A stretch of 64,000 bases of DNA from an uncultured Bacilli bacterium (GTDB lineage: Bacteria > Bacillota_I > Bacilli_A > RF39 > UBA660): positions 2,057 to 66,056 of the forward strand of contig CANRPP010000002.1 of NCBI GenBank assembly GCA_947632545.1, written 5' to 3'. Both the position numbers and the translations under genes were made by a program. How positions within the stretch are numbered: position 1 is the first letter of the stretch; each line of letters opens with the position of its first letter. The notes beneath the pieces were generated by a model. The model saw only the letters and a program-made list of their open reading frames with translations. It ran no database searches and was not told the DNA's origin. Shown one piece after another: positions 36,917-49,072 of this stretch.

Positions 36917-38007
36917 TAGTCTGTTAGGAAATCCTTTAATTTTCTACTACGTGAAGGATGTCTTAATTTACGAAGTGCTTTTGCTTCTATTTGTCTAATA
37001 CGTTCTCTTGTTACTCCAAATATTTGTCCAACTTCTTCTAGAGTTCTACATTGTCCATCATCTAGACCAAATCTAAGTCTTAAAACTTTTTCTTCTCTAT
37101 CTGTTAATGTTAAAAGTACTCCTGCTAGTTCTTCTTTTAACATTTCAACTGTTGCATATTCTTCTGGACCCATTGTTCTCTCATCTGGTACAAAATCTCC
37201 CAAATGAGAATCTTCTTCTTCACCAATTGGAGTTTCAAGTGAAACTGGATCTTGACTAATCTTATATACTTCTCTTACTTTTTCTACAGTAATATCTAAT
37301 TTTTCTGCAATTTCTTCATCGGTTGGTTCTCTATTTAATTCTTGAGTTAATTGTCTTTGAACACGTGCTAATTTATTTATTGTTTCAACCATATGAACTG
37401 GAACACGGATTGTCCTTGCTTGATCAGCAATAGCACGAGTAATAGCTTGTCTAATCCACCAAGTTGCATATGTTGAAAACTTATATCCTTTTGTAGGATC
37501 AAATTTATCCACAGCTTTCATTAAGCCGATATTACCTTCTTGAATTAAATCTAAAAATAACATACCACGTCCAACATATCTTTTAGCAATTGATACAACT
37601 AAACGAAGATTTGATTCAGCTAACATTTTTTTTGCTTCTTCATCACCTTCAACTGCTCTTTGAGCATACTCAAATTCTTCATCTGATGTTAATAAGTTAA
37701 TACGACCAATTTCTTTTAAATACATTCTAACTGGATCATTTATTTTTATATCTTTAGAATTGGTTAAATCTTCTACTTTAATATCACTAGTAATTTCTTC
37801 TCCGCTAGCATCATCAGTTCCATCTTCTGATACGATATCAATATCTTCTTCAGTTAAAGCATTGTATAAATTATCTAATGAATCACTATCTATTTCTAAT
37901 CCTTTAAGTTCACTAGCTAATTGTTCATATGTAATATATCCTTGTTGTTTTCCTAACTTAATTAATTTATCTTTTCTTTCATCTAATGTTTTAATTTCCC
38001 CAATCAT
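36916..38007 (-). CDS. sigA: RNA polymerase primary sigma factor
   Basis: Regions 2-4 are fully conserved ([27 protein letters not shown]; [15 protein letters not shown]). Confidence 0.95.
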   Translation of the reverse strand: MIGEIKTLDERKDKLIKLGKQQGYITYEQLASELKGLEIDSDSLDNLYNALTEEDIDIVSEDGTDDASGEEITSDIKVEDLTNSKDIKINDPVRMYLKEIGRINLLTSDEEFEYAQRAVEGDEEAKKMLAESNLRLVVSIAKRYVGRGMLFLDLIQEGNIGLMKAVDKFDPTKGYKFSTYATWWIRQAITRAIADQARTIRVPVHMVETINKLARVQRQLTQELNREPTDEEIAEKLDITVEKVREVYKISQDPVSLETPIGEEEDSHLGDFVPDERTMGPEEYATVEMLKEELAGVLLTLTDREEKVLRLRFGLDDGQCRTLEEVGQIFGVTRERIRQIEAKALRKLRHPSRSRKLKDFLTD

Positions 38008-38009
38008 GT

Positions 38010-39734
38010 CTATTCTCCTAACTTCAACTTCCTAATTTGTTCACTAATACGTGCTTGTTCCATTATATCAGGTTCTTCTTTTATCTTCTTTTCGAGTCTT
38101 TTAATTTGCTCGTTCATACTATATTCCCTTATTACTTTGAAATAAGCAAATAGTTCATCTTTTGTGATAGTCTCTTTATAATTATTTGAAACAATTTCAT
38201 TTAAAAGATCTAACAAATCAGTCTTATCCTGCATATAAGTATAAAAATCCGCAATATTTATTTCTCCATGCTTCTTATAATAATAAATAACCTCACTAGT
38301 TAATAGTCTTGCCTCATTACTTGGAAATATTATTTTTTCATTCTCAACGGCAGTTACTACCCAATCATTATTTAGCATATAATAAATTAATTGCTCTACA
38401 GCTAAACTATACTTATCTTTTCGCTTCTTTTTAGGTTCTTTTTTTATTTCTATCTTTGATGCTTTAGTATCTTTTTTTAACTCTTTAAACCTTTTTTCCA
38501 GTGTATTATACCCTATATTGTAATCTTTTGCAAGTTTTTTTAATATTATTTCTACTCTTATTTCATCATTTATTTTAATAGTTTCTTGTAATACACTATT
38601 TATATATTCAGCAAGGGAAGATTCACTATTAAAATCTACATTATTTTTTAAACTATCTATTTTATAGTCACCAAAGTTAACTGCTGAATCAATTAAACCT
38701 TGGAATCTCTCTTTTCCGTTTGTTAAAATAAATGTATCTGGGTCATCATCATTTGGTAAGGTAACTACTTTTACATTTAATCCTTCATTTTGTAAAACTT
38801 CACCTATTTTTAAACTTGCCTTAACACCTGGAGAATCACCATCTAAACATAGTATTACATTATTAGATAATCTTTTTATAAGCATAATTTGTTCTTTAGT
38901 TAAGGCAGTTCCCATTAAAGCTACTGTATTTTTAATTCCTATAGTACTTGCCCTAATGACATCCATAAAACCTTCCATAATAATAACACTTTTAGATACT
39001 CTACATGTATCTTTAGCAATATGATAGTGATATAGACAATGCCCCTTTTTAAAAATAGATGTTTCTTTTGTATTTATATATTTATTTTGTTTATTTTCAT
39101 TATATATTCTTCCAGAAAAGCCTACTATTTTTCCATAAGTATCATATAGTGGAAACATTATTCTATCTATATAAATATCTCTATCATCAATAGATAAGCC
39201 TATTTCATTTAATGTTTTTAAATCATATTTTTTATTAATTAATAAATTTGTTAAATCATTTTTTTTATCTAGAGAAAGTCCTATTTCAAATTCTTTTATA
39301 ACTTCTTCTGTAATGCCTCTTTTACTTAAATAATCTCTTGCTTCTCTACCATAGGAAGAAGCTAAATTATTTTGAAAATACTTTGTTGAAAATAAATATG
39401 CATCATATAAGTTATCATATTTAGTATCTTTCTTTTTTATTTTAATATTTGAAGTATTAATACCTACTCTATCTCCTAAATCTTTTAATACTTCTTTAAA
39501 TTCTTTATGTTCATAATCCATTAAAAATGTAAACACATTCCCACTAGCACCACAAGAAAAACATCTATAAATTTGTTTTTCTCTTGAAACACTCATAGAC
39601 GGATTAGTATCATCATGAAATGGACATACACCAAAAAAGTTTTTACCTTTACTAACTAAAGGTATTCTTTCTCCAATAATATCAACTATATCTACTTTAT
39701 TTCTTATTTCATTAGTTAAATCATTATTATTCAT
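38010..39734 (-). CDS. dnaG: DNA primase
   Basis: Zinc-finger region [23 protein letters not shown] motifs (EGFMDV, DGDSPG), and dnaG-sigA gene order. Confidence 0.9.
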   Translation of the reverse strand: MNNNDLTNEIRNKVDIVDIIGERIPLVSKGKNFFGVCPFHDDTNPSMSVSREKQIYRCFSCGASGNVFTFLMDYEHKEFKEVLKDLGDRVGINTSNIKIKKKDTKYDNLYDAYLFSTKYFQNNLASSYGREARDYLSKRGITEEVIKEFEIGLSLDKKNDLTNLLINKKYDLKTLNEIGLSIDDRDIYIDRIMFPLYDTYGKIVGFSGRIYNENKQNKYINTKETSIFKKGHCLYHYHIAKDTCRVSKSVIIMEGFMDVIRASTIGIKNTVALMGTALTKEQIMLIKRLSNNVILCLDGDSPGVKASLKIGEVLQNEGLNVKVVTLPNDDDPDTFILTNGKERFQGLIDSAVNFGDYKIDSLKNNVDFNSESSLAEYINSVLQETIKINDEIRVEIILKKLAKDYNIGYNTLEKRFKELKKDTKASKIEIKKEPKKKRKDKYSLAVEQLIYYMLNNDWVVTAVENEKIIFPSNEARLLTSEVIYYYKKHGEINIADFYTYMQDKTDLLDLLNEIVSNNYKETITKDELFAYFKVIREYSMNEQIKRLEKKIKEEPDIMEQARISEQIRKLKLGE

Positions 39735-39839
39735 GGCCTTCTCCTAAGATATATAACTATTTCTTTTTATACCATAAATACACTTTTTTTTCAAGGAATA
39801 AAAGTATTTTTAAAGATTATACTATTAATAGGTGATTAT

Positions 39840-40361
39840 ATGAAATTAAATTTTAAAAAAATTATAATTAATTCCATCCTTATATTTATAGTTTGTAGTA
39901 TATTTCATTTTATATATGATTTAATTCCATCTTTTTTAACAGCAATATTTTTTCCTGTAAATGAAAGTATATGGGAACATTTAAAACTTATCTTTACATC
40001 ATGTGTTTTTTATACACTTATATCTAATTTATATTATAAAGATAAAAATGTATTTTTATTAGGTTATTTAAGAGGAATGCTTACTATTATAATATTACTT
40101 ATTTTATATTTACCTCTTAGAAAGTTATTCGGAGAAATAATTTATATTACATTAAGTATTTTATTTATATCTATTTTAATTAGTGAAATTATAGTTAATA
40201 AGATACTAAAAAAACACTATAATAATTTAAATATTATAAGTGTTTTCTTAATAATTATAAATTTTATTATCTTTACATATTTAACTTATAATCCGATAAA
40301 AGATTTCTTATTCTATGATACTGAAAGTAATAAATATGGTATAGATATTTTAAATAAGTGA
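39840..40361 (+). CDS. hypothetical polytopic membrane protein (173 aa)
   Basis: 5-6 hydrophobic helices. No recognisable motif. Confidence 0.35.
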   Translation: MKLNFKKIIINSILIFIVCSIFHFIYDLIPSFLTAIFFPVNESIWEHLKLIFTSCVFYTLISNLYYKDKNVFLLGYLRGMLTIIILLILYLPLRKLFGEIIYITLSILFISILISEIIVNKILKKHYNNLNIISVFLIIINFIIFTYLTYNPIKDFLFYDTESNKYGIDILNK

Positions 40362-41375
40362 TTTTCTCATGAAAGTATTTATAGTTTTATCAATATATAT
40401 ACTAATTTTTCCTTTATTTACTATTTTAATAAAACCAAGTCCATTTATAACTAAATCAGAATCATATTTTACAGTATAATCTACTTTATTTAAATCTTTT
40501 AAATAATCTCTATTTTGATTAATTCTTTTTACTTTTAAATCATTAGATATAAATAAAGTAAAACTATTTTTCTCACCTTCTATATAATCTAATCTAAATA
40601 TATCTTCTATAACAATACTTTGTCCTTTTCTTAATTGATATGTTCGTGGTTTTATTTCTTTTTTAGGACATAATCTTTTTAACATTTTACTATCTACATA
40701 ATTTAGAATAGATCCCATATCTACAAGTCCTGGTGTATCTATTAAAGTTAAATAGTCATTTATTTCTATTCGTACAGTATTTAGAGTAGTTGATGGTAAG
40801 GGAGACATTGTTAATTCTTGAGTATTATCAGAATAATTTTTAATTAGTTTATTAATTAATGTAGATTTACCTGCATTAGTATGACCTACTACATAAACAT
40901 TTTTTGTAGTTTGATAAAATTTTATTCTTTTTAATAAGTAATCTATATTTAAATTTTTTTCTACACTAATTACAATAATCTCTTCAAAATGAACATTGTT
41001 TTCTTCAAAATATTTTAATAATTTTTCTTCTTTTACACTTTTTGGTAGAATATCTTTTTTATTTAAAACTAAAATCATTTTATTTTTTATATATTCTCTT
41101 ATTTTTAAAATATCTTCTTCTAAATTTATTAAATCTGTAACATATAATACTAAATCTTTAGTTTTTCCTACACCTTTTAATATTTCTAAATATTCTTCAT
41201 TTGATTTAGTAACTACTTGATATTCACCATAATTTTTCATTCTAAAACATCTTTGACATATATCATTTTCTAATGATGTCGTATAACCTTCCAAGAGGAC
41301 ATTTTCATCTTGTAAGTTAACACCACAGCCACTACATTTTTTACTTTTTTCATTCATAATATTTACCTCTTTCAA
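40350..41375 (-). CDS. yqeH: ribosome biogenesis GTPase YqeH
   Basis: N-terminal zinc ribbon (CSGCG..CQRCF) and circularly permuted GTPase motifs (VLNKKD, GHTNAGKST, DTPG). True start is probably the internal MNEKSKK. Confidence 0.8.
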   Translation of the reverse strand: MKEVNIMNEKSKKCSGCGVNLQDENVLLEGYTTSLENDICQRCFRMKNYGEYQVVTKSNEEYLEILKGVGKTKDLVLYVTDLINLEEDILKIREYIKNKMILVLNKKDILPKSVKEEKLLKYFEENNVHFEEIIVISVEKNLNIDYLLKRIKFYQTTKNVYVVGHTNAGKSTLINKLIKNYSDNTQELTMSPLPSTTLNTVRIEINDYLTLIDTPGLVDMGSILNYVDSKMLKRLCPKKEIKPRTYQLRKGQSIVIEDIFRLDYIEGEKNSFTLFISNDLKVKRINQNRDYLKDLNKVDYTVKYDSDLVINGLGFIKIVNKGKISIYIDKTINTFMRKSLI

Positions 41376-41877
41376 ATATACCTCTTTTTCTATATCTATT
41401 AATAATCCATGATTCTAACTTTCTATTTAGATTTGTTATCTTTAAATCTTTTACTCCTAATGGATCTACTAGAATTGTTTTTATTTTAAAGTTTTTACCT
41501 GAAATTATATCTGTTATGATTTGATCACCTATCATTACCATTTCTTTTTTCTTTAGTTTATATATTCTTTTAATTCTTCTTAATCCAATAGTTAAAGGTT
41601 TCATAGCAAGACTTACTGCATCTACTCCTAAATCCTTCATATATGGTTTTATTCTTCTTTTTGTATTATTAGATATTATAAAAATAATAAAATCATCTTG
41701 TAATTTTTTTATAAGTTTACATGTCTTATCAGGACATTTCTTTTCATCTATTAACGCTAGAGTATTATCAAGATCAAATATTAAACATTTAATACCTTCT
41801 TTTTTTAATTTTCTATAATTAATAGAAAATATATCTTTATAATACATAGTAGGTTTTAAATTTCTCATATAAATCAC
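41350..41877 (-). CDS. yqeG: YqeG-family HAD phosphatase
   Basis: HAD motif I LIFDLDNTL and motif IV GDQIITD. Conserved yqeG-yqeH pairing. Confidence 0.7.
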   Translation of the reverse strand: MIYMRNLKPTMYYKDIFSINYRKLKKEGIKCLIFDLDNTLALIDEKKCPDKTCKLIKKLQDDFIIFIISNNTKRRIKPYMKDLGVDAVSLAMKPLTIGLRRIKRIYKLKKKEMVMIGDQIITDIISGKNFKIKTILVDPLGVKDLKITNLNRKLESWIINRYRKRGIFERGKYYE

Positions 41878-41911
41878 CTTTATATATTATACAATAATTA
41901 ATAAATTTTGA

Positions 41912-43297
41912 CTAGTTATTAACCCTATGTGTTAGCATTTTACTATTCATATCAATACTATCAAAGATATAACCATTTGCTTTACCATATTCTATTATAT
42001 TTTTTAAAGCATCTCTTGTATATGGTTTAATATCATGCATTAGAACAATATTTACTCTATCTTTTGATAGATTTTCAGTTACCATTTGATAGACTACACT
42101 ACTTTCTTTAGTCTCTCCTGCATCACCACTTAAAATATTCCAATCATAATATTTATAACCTCTATTAAGAACTTCTTTTACAAGTTCAGTCATTATACCA
42201 GATTTATATCTTCTACTTATTGTATTATCACTACCACCAGGAAATCTTATAATTCTAGAGTCATATCCAGTAATTCTATAGACTCTATCATGGACTGACG
42301 CTAAATCATTAAAATAATTTTCTACTGATGAATAAACATATGAGTAATCATGTGTTGCGGTATGAAGACCCACAGTATGACCTTCATCATATTCTCTCTT
42401 TATTAAATAATCTGGTCCTCTATTTGTAACAAAGAAAGTTGCTTTTACATTTTCTTCTTTTAAAATATCTAATATTTTATCAGTAGTACCAATATTTGGT
42501 CCATCATCAAATGTTAAATAAATAGTACCTTTTTGGTCTTTTTGATAAACATTTACTTTTTTAGTTTTAACTGTTTTATTACCATATTCATCCTCTGCAG
42601 TATATTTAACTTTATAATTACCAGGTGTTGTTGTATCAACTTTTCCATATACTTTAGCTTTTACATTTTTAGTACAATTATCAACTACAGTATATTTATC
42701 ATCATATTTATTATTTAATAAAATAGAAGGATTTTTACCTGAATTAAATTTTATAGTTGGTCCTTTTTTATCTTTATAATGAATTCTTTTAGTAATTTTA
42801 GCCTCATTAAAAGCTGAATCTTTTACTAAATATGTAATAAAGGCACCCTTTCTTATAACTTTTACTTTATTAGTAATATCTTTATCAATATTATCATAAG
42901 CTTTATAATCATTTGGAATATACTCATCATCTGGACATACATAAATATCTTTATTACTAGTTAATTTTATTTGAGGTTTAGTTAAATCTTTTACATAAAC
43001 TTTTCTTGTAATATTTTTATATTTAGAACCTTCTGATACACTATATTTAATTTTATAAACACCTAATTTTCTAGTATTAATATTTTCATAAACACTTACA
43101 CTATCTGTTATATCTTTTCCTTTATAATAAGCTTTATATCCTGGTTCATTATATTCTGAATTAAGATTAATTACAACATCACTATTTTTTAAGATAATGT
43201 TAGGATAAAATATAGTATCTATAATTGTATAGATAGCAATTATTATAAAAAATATAAATAATCCCAATAATATTTTTGAACCACCTGTTTTTTCCAT
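41912..43297 (-). CDS. membrane-anchored polysaccharide (peptidoglycan) deacetylase with Ig-like repeats
   Basis: Transmembrane segment, two repeated beta-rich modules, then a NodB domain (TFDDGPN, VGLHTATH). Confidence 0.75.
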   Translation of the reverse strand: MEKTGGSKILLGLFIFFIIIAIYTIIDTIFYPNIILKNSDVVINLNSEYNEPGYKAYYKGKDITDSVSVYENINTRKLGVYKIKYSVSEGSKYKNITRKVYVKDLTKPQIKLTSNKDIYVCPDDEYIPNDYKAYDNIDKDITNKVKVIRKGAFITYLVKDSAFNEAKITKRIHYKDKKGPTIKFNSGKNPSILLNNKYDDKYTVVDNCTKNVKAKVYGKVDTTTPGNYKVKYTAEDEYGNKTVKTKKVNVYQKDQKGTIYLTFDDGPNIGTTDKILDILKEENVKATFFVTNRGPDYLIKREYDEGHTVGLHTATHDYSYVYSSVENYFNDLASVHDRVYRITGYDSRIIRFPGGSDNTISRRYKSGIMTELVKEVLNRGYKYYDWNILSGDAGETKESSVVYQMVTENLSKDRVNIVLMHDIKPYTRDALKNIIEYGKANGYIFDSIDMNSKMLTHRVNN

Positions 43298-43351
43298 AAC
43301 AATCACCCTTGCTTTATATTATACTTATATTTTCCCAGAGTGTCCATAATA

Positions 43352-44044
43352 TTATTCGTAATTATTATTTTTTATAAACTCTCTTAATATCTTTGTAAGA
43401 GCTCTTTTTTCTATTCTAGATACATAACTTCTAGATATTTTTAATTCTTTTGCAATAACTTTTTGAGTTTGTTCATCATGATTATTTAGACCATATCTTC
43501 TAATTAAAATTTCCTTTTCACGAGGTGTTAAAACATTCATATATTTATTTAATAATTTTATATTATCTTTTAAAGTTATATCTTCTATAAAATCTGGTTT
43601 AGGGGCTTTTAAAACATCCATTATAGATATTTCATTACCATCTTTATCATATCCAATAGACTCATTTATAGATATATTTTTTGTTGTTTTGTTATTACTT
43701 CTGAAGTGCATTAATATTTCGTTTTCCACACAGCGAGCGCAGTAGGTGGTTATTCTAACGCCTTTATCATTTGAAAATGTATCAACACCTTTTATAAGAC
43801 CAATTGTTCCAATACTTATTAAATCATCTTGATCAACATATTTACTATCAAACTTTTTAACAATATGAGCAACTAAACGTAAATTATGTTCAATAAGTTT
43901 ATTTCTAGCCTCCGTATCACCCATTTTTGCTTTTTTTATACATAGATCTTCCTCTTCTTTAGAAAGAGGCTCTGGAAATACTTGATTTGAATATGAACCT
44001 GTTAAAAATATTTCTTTTAAGAAATTAAATATTTCAAAAAACAT
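43352..44044 (-). CDS. sigK: sporulation sigma factor sigma-K (uninterrupted)
   Basis: Pro-sequence then YSNQVFPEPLSKEEE, IEHNLRLVAHIVKKF and GTIGLIKG, followed by a C-terminal helix-turn-helix motif. Closely matches B. subtilis SigK. Confidence 0.85.
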   Translation of the reverse strand: MFFEIFNFLKEIFLTGSYSNQVFPEPLSKEEEDLCIKKAKMGDTEARNKLIEHNLRLVAHIVKKFDSKYVDQDDLISIGTIGLIKGVDTFSNDKGVRITTYCARCVENEILMHFRSNNKTTKNISINESIGYDKDGNEISIMDVLKAPKPDFIEDITLKDNIKLLNKYMNVLTPREKEILIRRYGLNNHDEQTQKVIAKELKISRSYVSRIEKRALTKILREFIKNNNYE

Positions 44045-44112
44045 AAAATCACCTAGTACATAATATGATAAAATTTGACAAATTATTTAAAAGAAAAAAA
44101 ACTAGTATAAAA

Positions 44113-45525
44113 CTAGTCAATTTCTTCTATTTTCATAAAGTTAGTATTCTTTTTACCAACGTTAGGATATCCTCCAGTGATAATAATTTTATCACCTTTT
44201 TCTAAAGCCATGAACTTTTTAGCCTCTTCTATACTACATTTTACAAGTTCATCAGTTGATTTAAATGTTGGAACTACTACTGGATATACACCCCAGTTTA
44301 ATGCTAATTTACGAGCTGTTTTTTCATCTGGTACTGGTGCTAAAATATAAGCATCTGGTTTTAAGTTACTTATCTTTTTAGCAGTAAATCCACTCATAGT
44401 TGTAGCAACTATAACTTTAACGTCTAATGCTTCTGCGGCTTTTACTACACTTTTTGCAATTAAATCTGGTGTTTTTGGATTATCTTTAATGCAATATCTT
44501 CTAGCATATTCATTATAATTTTCTTCTGCAACTTCACTAATTTCTCCAAGATATTGACTTGCTAGATCTGGATGAGCTCCAATTGTTGTTTCATCACTTA
44601 ACCAAACTGCATCGGCTCCATCAAATACTGCAGTTGATACATCTGTAAGTTCTGCTTTTGTTGGACGTGAATTTTTACACATACTTTTTAACATTTCTGT
44701 TGCAACTATACATATTTTTCCTTTTTCACGACATTTTCTAATAATCTCTTTTTGTAATATAGGTACTTTAACAAATGGAACTTCTACACTTAAATCTCCT
44801 CTTGCTACTATAATACCATCTGTTTCATCGATAATTGAATCTATATTTTCAATTGCTTTAGCAGTTTCTATTTTTGATAATATTTGCATTTCAGGTTTTC
44901 CATATTTTTCAAGTAATTTTCTTGCTGCTTTTACATCATCTGCACTTGATACAAATGAAATACCAAGATAATCACCATCATGTTCACAAGCATATTTAAT
45001 ATCTTCTTCATCTGCTTCTGATATAAATGGGATATTTAAATCAACACCTGGAATATTAGTACCACGTTTACTAATTAATGTAGCATCATCTAAAATTTTA
45101 CAAGTTACTCCATCATCTTCTACTGAAGTTACTTCAAGTCTTACAAATCCATCATTTAAAAGAATAACTGTTCCAACTGTAATGTTATCAATTACTTGTG
45201 GAAAATTAAGACTTATTCTTTCTTTATTACCAAGTACAGTTTCTTTTACAATTCTTATAGTATTTCCTGCAACAAATTCTATTTCATTATTTTCAAATTC
45301 ACCAGTTCTTAAATCAGGTCCCTTTGTGTCAAATAAAATGGCAATATTTTTCCCTAATTCTTTACGTGCTTTTAGTGCTAATTCTTCATCAATTTTTTTC
45401 TCTTCTTCTGTAGCATGTGAAAAATTAACACGTATACAATTCATTCCATTATTTACTAATTTTTTAAATACTTCCCAGTCTTGAGTAGCTGGTCCAATTC
45501 CACATATCATTTTTGTTTTTTTCAT
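44113..45525 (-). CDS. pyk: pyruvate kinase
   Basis: MKKTKMICGIGPA start and TKGPDLRTGEF; Mg/K-binding motifs. The ORF extends 8 codons upstream of the likely start. Confidence 0.9.
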   Translation of the reverse strand: MKKTKMICGIGPATQDWEVFKKLVNNGMNCIRVNFSHATEEEKKIDEELALKARKELGKNIAILFDTKGPDLRTGEFENNEIEFVAGNTIRIVKETVLGNKERISLNFPQVIDNITVGTVILLNDGFVRLEVTSVEDDGVTCKILDDATLISKRGTNIPGVDLNIPFISEADEEDIKYACEHDGDYLGISFVSSADDVKAARKLLEKYGKPEMQILSKIETAKAIENIDSIIDETDGIIVARGDLSVEVPFVKVPILQKEIIRKCREKGKICIVATEMLKSMCKNSRPTKAELTDVSTAVFDGADAVWLSDETTIGAHPDLASQYLGEISEVAEENYNEYARRYCIKDNPKTPDLIAKSVVKAAEALDVKVIVATTMSGFTAKKISNLKPDAYILAPVPDEKTARKLALNWGVYPVVVPTFKSTDELVKCSIEEAKKFMALEKGDKIIITGGYPNVGKKNTNFMKIEEID

Positions 45526-45590
45526 AATAATTCCCTCCAAAAATACCATTTAATATTATCATAATAATTTATAAAAATCAATATATTTAT

Positions 45591-46412
45591 TTACTTTTGA
45601 CAGTTACTACAATAGTATGTTCCTCTTCCATTTATTTTTATATTTTCTATTTTTTTATGGCATACTGGACATATTCCATTTTTTTTACCATGTATTAATA
45701 ATTCATTTTGAAATAGACCATGTACTCCTTCACTTGAGGTAAAACTTTTTATAGTAGTACCTCCTAGTTTTATAGCTTTATTTAAAATAGTATTAGTATT
45801 ATCTATAATTTTTTTACATTCTTTTAATGTTATAGTATTTGATTTTCTAAGTGGATTTATTTTACTTAAGAATAAAATTTCATCATCATATATATTACCT
45901 ATTCCTGTTATGATACTTTGGTCTAATAAACTTGTTTTTATAGGAATAGACTTTTTTTGCAGTTTGTCATATAAATATTGTTCTGTTAAATTTTTATCAT
46001 CAAATTCATACCCCATATCTTTAAGAGGTATTTCATTTAAATAGTTATTTTTATCTAATAAATGCATTTTCCCAAATTTTCTAACATCATGAAATCTCAT
46101 TTCAGTTTTATCTGTAAATGTAAATACTACATGTTCATGTTTTTCTAATTTTTGATTTTTGTTTCTAAAAAAGAATTTACCTTCCATTCTTAAATGTATT
46201 AATAAGACATCTTTATCTAAATGTATAACTATCCATTTTCCTCTTGTAGTTATATTATTTATTTTTTGATTTTTAATTCTTTTTTTAAATTCTTTAGTAC
46301 TAGGATTTACAATTATATTATCCCAATAGATATCTACTTTCTCAATTGTTTTTCCTATTATTTTTGTTTTTAATGATTTAACAACTGTTAAGACTTCTGG
46401 TTTTTCTGGCAT
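45591..46412 (-). CDS. mutM: formamidopyrimidine-DNA glycosylase
   Basis: N-terminal MPEKPEV (the catalytic Pro2-Glu3 after Met). C-terminal zinc finger CPVC..CSNC. Confidence 0.85.
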   Translation of the reverse strand: MPEKPEVLTVVKSLKTKIIGKTIEKVDIYWDNIIVNPSTKEFKKRIKNQKINNITTRGKWIVIHLDKDVLLIHLRMEGKFFFRNKNQKLEKHEHVVFTFTDKTEMRFHDVRKFGKMHLLDKNNYLNEIPLKDMGYEFDDKNLTEQYLYDKLQKKSIPIKTSLLDQSIITGIGNIYDDEILFLSKINPLRKSNTITLKECKKIIDNTNTILNKAIKLGGTTIKSFTSSEGVHGLFQNELLIHGKKNGICPVCHKKIENIKINGRGTYYCSNCQK

Positions 46413-46420
46413 ATTATCAC

Positions 46421-49033
46421 CTACTTTGCTTCATACCAATCATTACCTATTTCTATATCAACTTTAAGTGGTACTTCTAATTTATATGTATTTTCCATAA
46501 TATCTCTAACTATTTCTTTTACTTGTTCTAATTCATCTTTATAAACATTAAATACTAACTCATCATGTACTTGAATAAGCATTTTACTTTTTAAGCCTAA
46601 TTCCATAAATTTGTCATATATTTCAACCATAGCTTTTTTTAATATATCAGCAGAACTACCTTGTATTGGAGTATTAAGCGCTATTCGCTCACCCATACTT
46701 CTTACCATATAATTTTTACTTTTTAATTCATCTATAATTCTTGTTCTATTCATTAAAGTTTTTACATAACCATTTTTATAGGCATCACTTTTTGCTTTTT
46801 CCATATATTCTTTAATACCTGGATATGTTTCAAGATAATTATCAATAAAACTTTTGGCAGTCTTTATATCTACACCTAAATCTTCTGATAAGCCAAAACT
46901 ACTTATTCCATAGATAATTCCAAAGTTAACAGCTTTAGCAGTTCTTCTCATAGCTTTATCTACTTTATCTAAATCAACATGATATATATCACTTGCAGTT
47001 TGAGTATGAATATCTATTCCTTTTTTAAACGCTTCTATTAAATTAGTTGCATTCGCAACAGCAGCAAAGATACGAAGTTCTACTTGAGAATAATCACTTG
47101 ATAATATATATGAATTCTCATCTGGGATAAATGCTTTTCTAATTAATTTTGAATACTCATCTCGAGCTGGAATATTTTGAAGATTCGGACTAATACTTGA
47201 TAGTCTACCTGTTCTTGTTAAAGTTTGTGTAAATATTGTATGAATACGATTATCATTTCTTATTTCATTTTTAAGACCTACTGCATAATTTGCATATAAT
47301 TTAGCTACTGTTCTATAGTCTAGAATCTTACTAACTATTGGATGCATATCAATAATTTTATCTAATATTTCTTTACTAGTAGAATATTTATTATCTTTTA
47401 CTTTCTTTGGATATTTTATTTCTAATTTTTCAAATAAAATTTCACCTAACTGTTTTGGAGACATAATATTAAATTCACATCCAGCTAGTTCATATATTTG
47501 CTTTTCTATAGTATGCATTTTTTCTTCTAATTCTTTACTAACTGAATCTAGATAATCACCATTAACTTTTATACCAGTAAGTTCCATATCCGCTAAAACA
47601 AATGATAAAGGCATCTCTATATCTTCATATAATTTTAATGCATCTTCCTCTTCTAATTTTTTTAAGATATCATCTTTTACTTCATATATAAATTTTGCTT
47701 TTTCTATAACTTCATTTTTTAAGGTTTCATCATCTACTTTTTTAGGTTTTTTTAAACTTCCAAACATATCTTCATATGGTACTATATCATAGGATAAATC
47801 TTTAGCTAAATAACTAATATCATCTCTTACATTATAATTTAATAAATATGCTGCTATCATAAGATCAAAAGTTGTATTTTTAATTTTTAAACCTAAATTA
47901 TTTAAAGATATAATATTCTTTTTATTATCATATGTATATTTGTTATTAATTGAAGTAAAGATATCTTTATATTTTTCTATATCATCTTTTGGTATAAAGT
48001 AACCATATTTTCCATCATATAGTCCTATACCAACAATATTTCCTTTACTATAATTTTCTCCTACTATTTCAGTATATATTGAGTATTCTTTATTTATATC
48101 AAATTCTTCTATATCTTTTATTATTAATTCTTTTCTTATTTTTTTTGGTTCTTCTTTTTCTTCTTCTTTATTAAATTCTATTTTTTTAAGTAATGAATTG
48201 AATTCAAATTCTTTTAATAAATTAATATATTCTTCCTTTTTATATCCTGTATATTTTAAATCTTCTAAAGTAAAATCTAATTTTACATCTTTATAAATTG
48301 TTGCTAAATCATAACTCATATAGGCATTTTCTTTGTCATTTTCTAATTTTTCTTTTGTTTTTCCTGTAACAGTATCTATATTTTTATATAAGTTATCTAG
48401 GCTTTCATATTTTGAAAGTAAGTTAATTGCAGTTTTTTCTCCTATTCCTCTAACACCTGGTATATTGTCACTAGAATCTCCCATAAGTGCTTTTAAATCA
48501 ATCATCCTAATTGGTTCTACTTTATATGTATTAATAAACTCTTGTCTATCCATTCTAATAAAACCACTTTGTTTTAATAATTTAACATCAACTTCATCAC
48601 TAATTAATTGAAGTAGGTCTTTATCACTACTTATTATTGTTGCGGTAAACTCGTCTTCATTATCAACTATTTTAGCAACTGTACCAATAATATCATCTGC
48701 TTCATAATTATCAGTTTCATAATATTTTATTCCCATAGCGTCTAGTAATTCTTTGGCTTTAGGAAATTGTTCTTTTAATTCATTTGGAGTTTCATTTCTT
48801 CCAGCTTTATATGATTCGTATTTATCATGTCTAAAGGTTTTTCCTTTATCAAATGCTACTAAAATATAGTTTGGATTTTCTTCTTTTAATATTTTATTAA
48901 TCATATTTATAAATCCATATAAAGCATTTGTAGGAAAGCCTTTAGAATTTCTCATGATAATTCCTTGATATGCTGTTGCATAATAGCTTCTAAACATTAA
49001 ATTATTACCATCTACTAGTATTACTTTTTTCAT
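46421..49033 (-). CDS. polA: DNA polymerase I
   Basis: 870 aa with 5'-3' exonuclease N-terminus and polymerase motifs (DYSQVELRIFA, KAVNFGIIYG, QVHDELVF). Confidence 0.95.
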   Translation of the reverse strand: MKKVILVDGNNLMFRSYYATAYQGIIMRNSKGFPTNALYGFINMINKILKEENPNYILVAFDKGKTFRHDKYESYKAGRNETPNELKEQFPKAKELLDAMGIKYYETDNYEADDIIGTVAKIVDNEDEFTATIISSDKDLLQLISDEVDVKLLKQSGFIRMDRQEFINTYKVEPIRMIDLKALMGDSSDNIPGVRGIGEKTAINLLSKYESLDNLYKNIDTVTGKTKEKLENDKENAYMSYDLATIYKDVKLDFTLEDLKYTGYKKEEYINLLKEFEFNSLLKKIEFNKEEEKEEPKKIRKELIIKDIEEFDINKEYSIYTEIVGENYSKGNIVGIGLYDGKYGYFIPKDDIEKYKDIFTSINNKYTYDNKKNIISLNNLGLKIKNTTFDLMIAAYLLNYNVRDDISYLAKDLSYDIVPYEDMFGSLKKPKKVDDETLKNEVIEKAKFIYEVKDDILKKLEEEDALKLYEDIEMPLSFVLADMELTGIKVNGDYLDSVSKELEEKMHTIEKQIYELAGCEFNIMSPKQLGEILFEKLEIKYPKKVKDNKYSTSKEILDKIIDMHPIVSKILDYRTVAKLYANYAVGLKNEIRNDNRIHTIFTQTLTRTGRLSSISPNLQNIPARDEYSKLIRKAFIPDENSYILSSDYSQVELRIFAAVANATNLIEAFKKGIDIHTQTASDIYHVDLDKVDKAMRRTAKAVNFGIIYGISSFGLSEDLGVDIKTAKSFIDNYLETYPGIKEYMEKAKSDAYKNGYVKTLMNRTRIIDELKSKNYMVRSMGERIALNTPIQGSSADILKKAMVEIYDKFMELGLKSKMLIQVHDELVFNVYKDELEQVKEIVRDIMENTYKLEVPLKVDIEIGNDWYEAK

Positions 49034-49072
49034 AACATCACCTAGTAACTATTATATCACAACATATAAATT

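Noticed and set aside
43352-44044. Possible skin-like element interrupting sigK, as in some Bacillus/Clostridium genomes
   Set aside because: sigK is a single uninterrupted ORF covering pro-sequence through region 4. No insertion is present.
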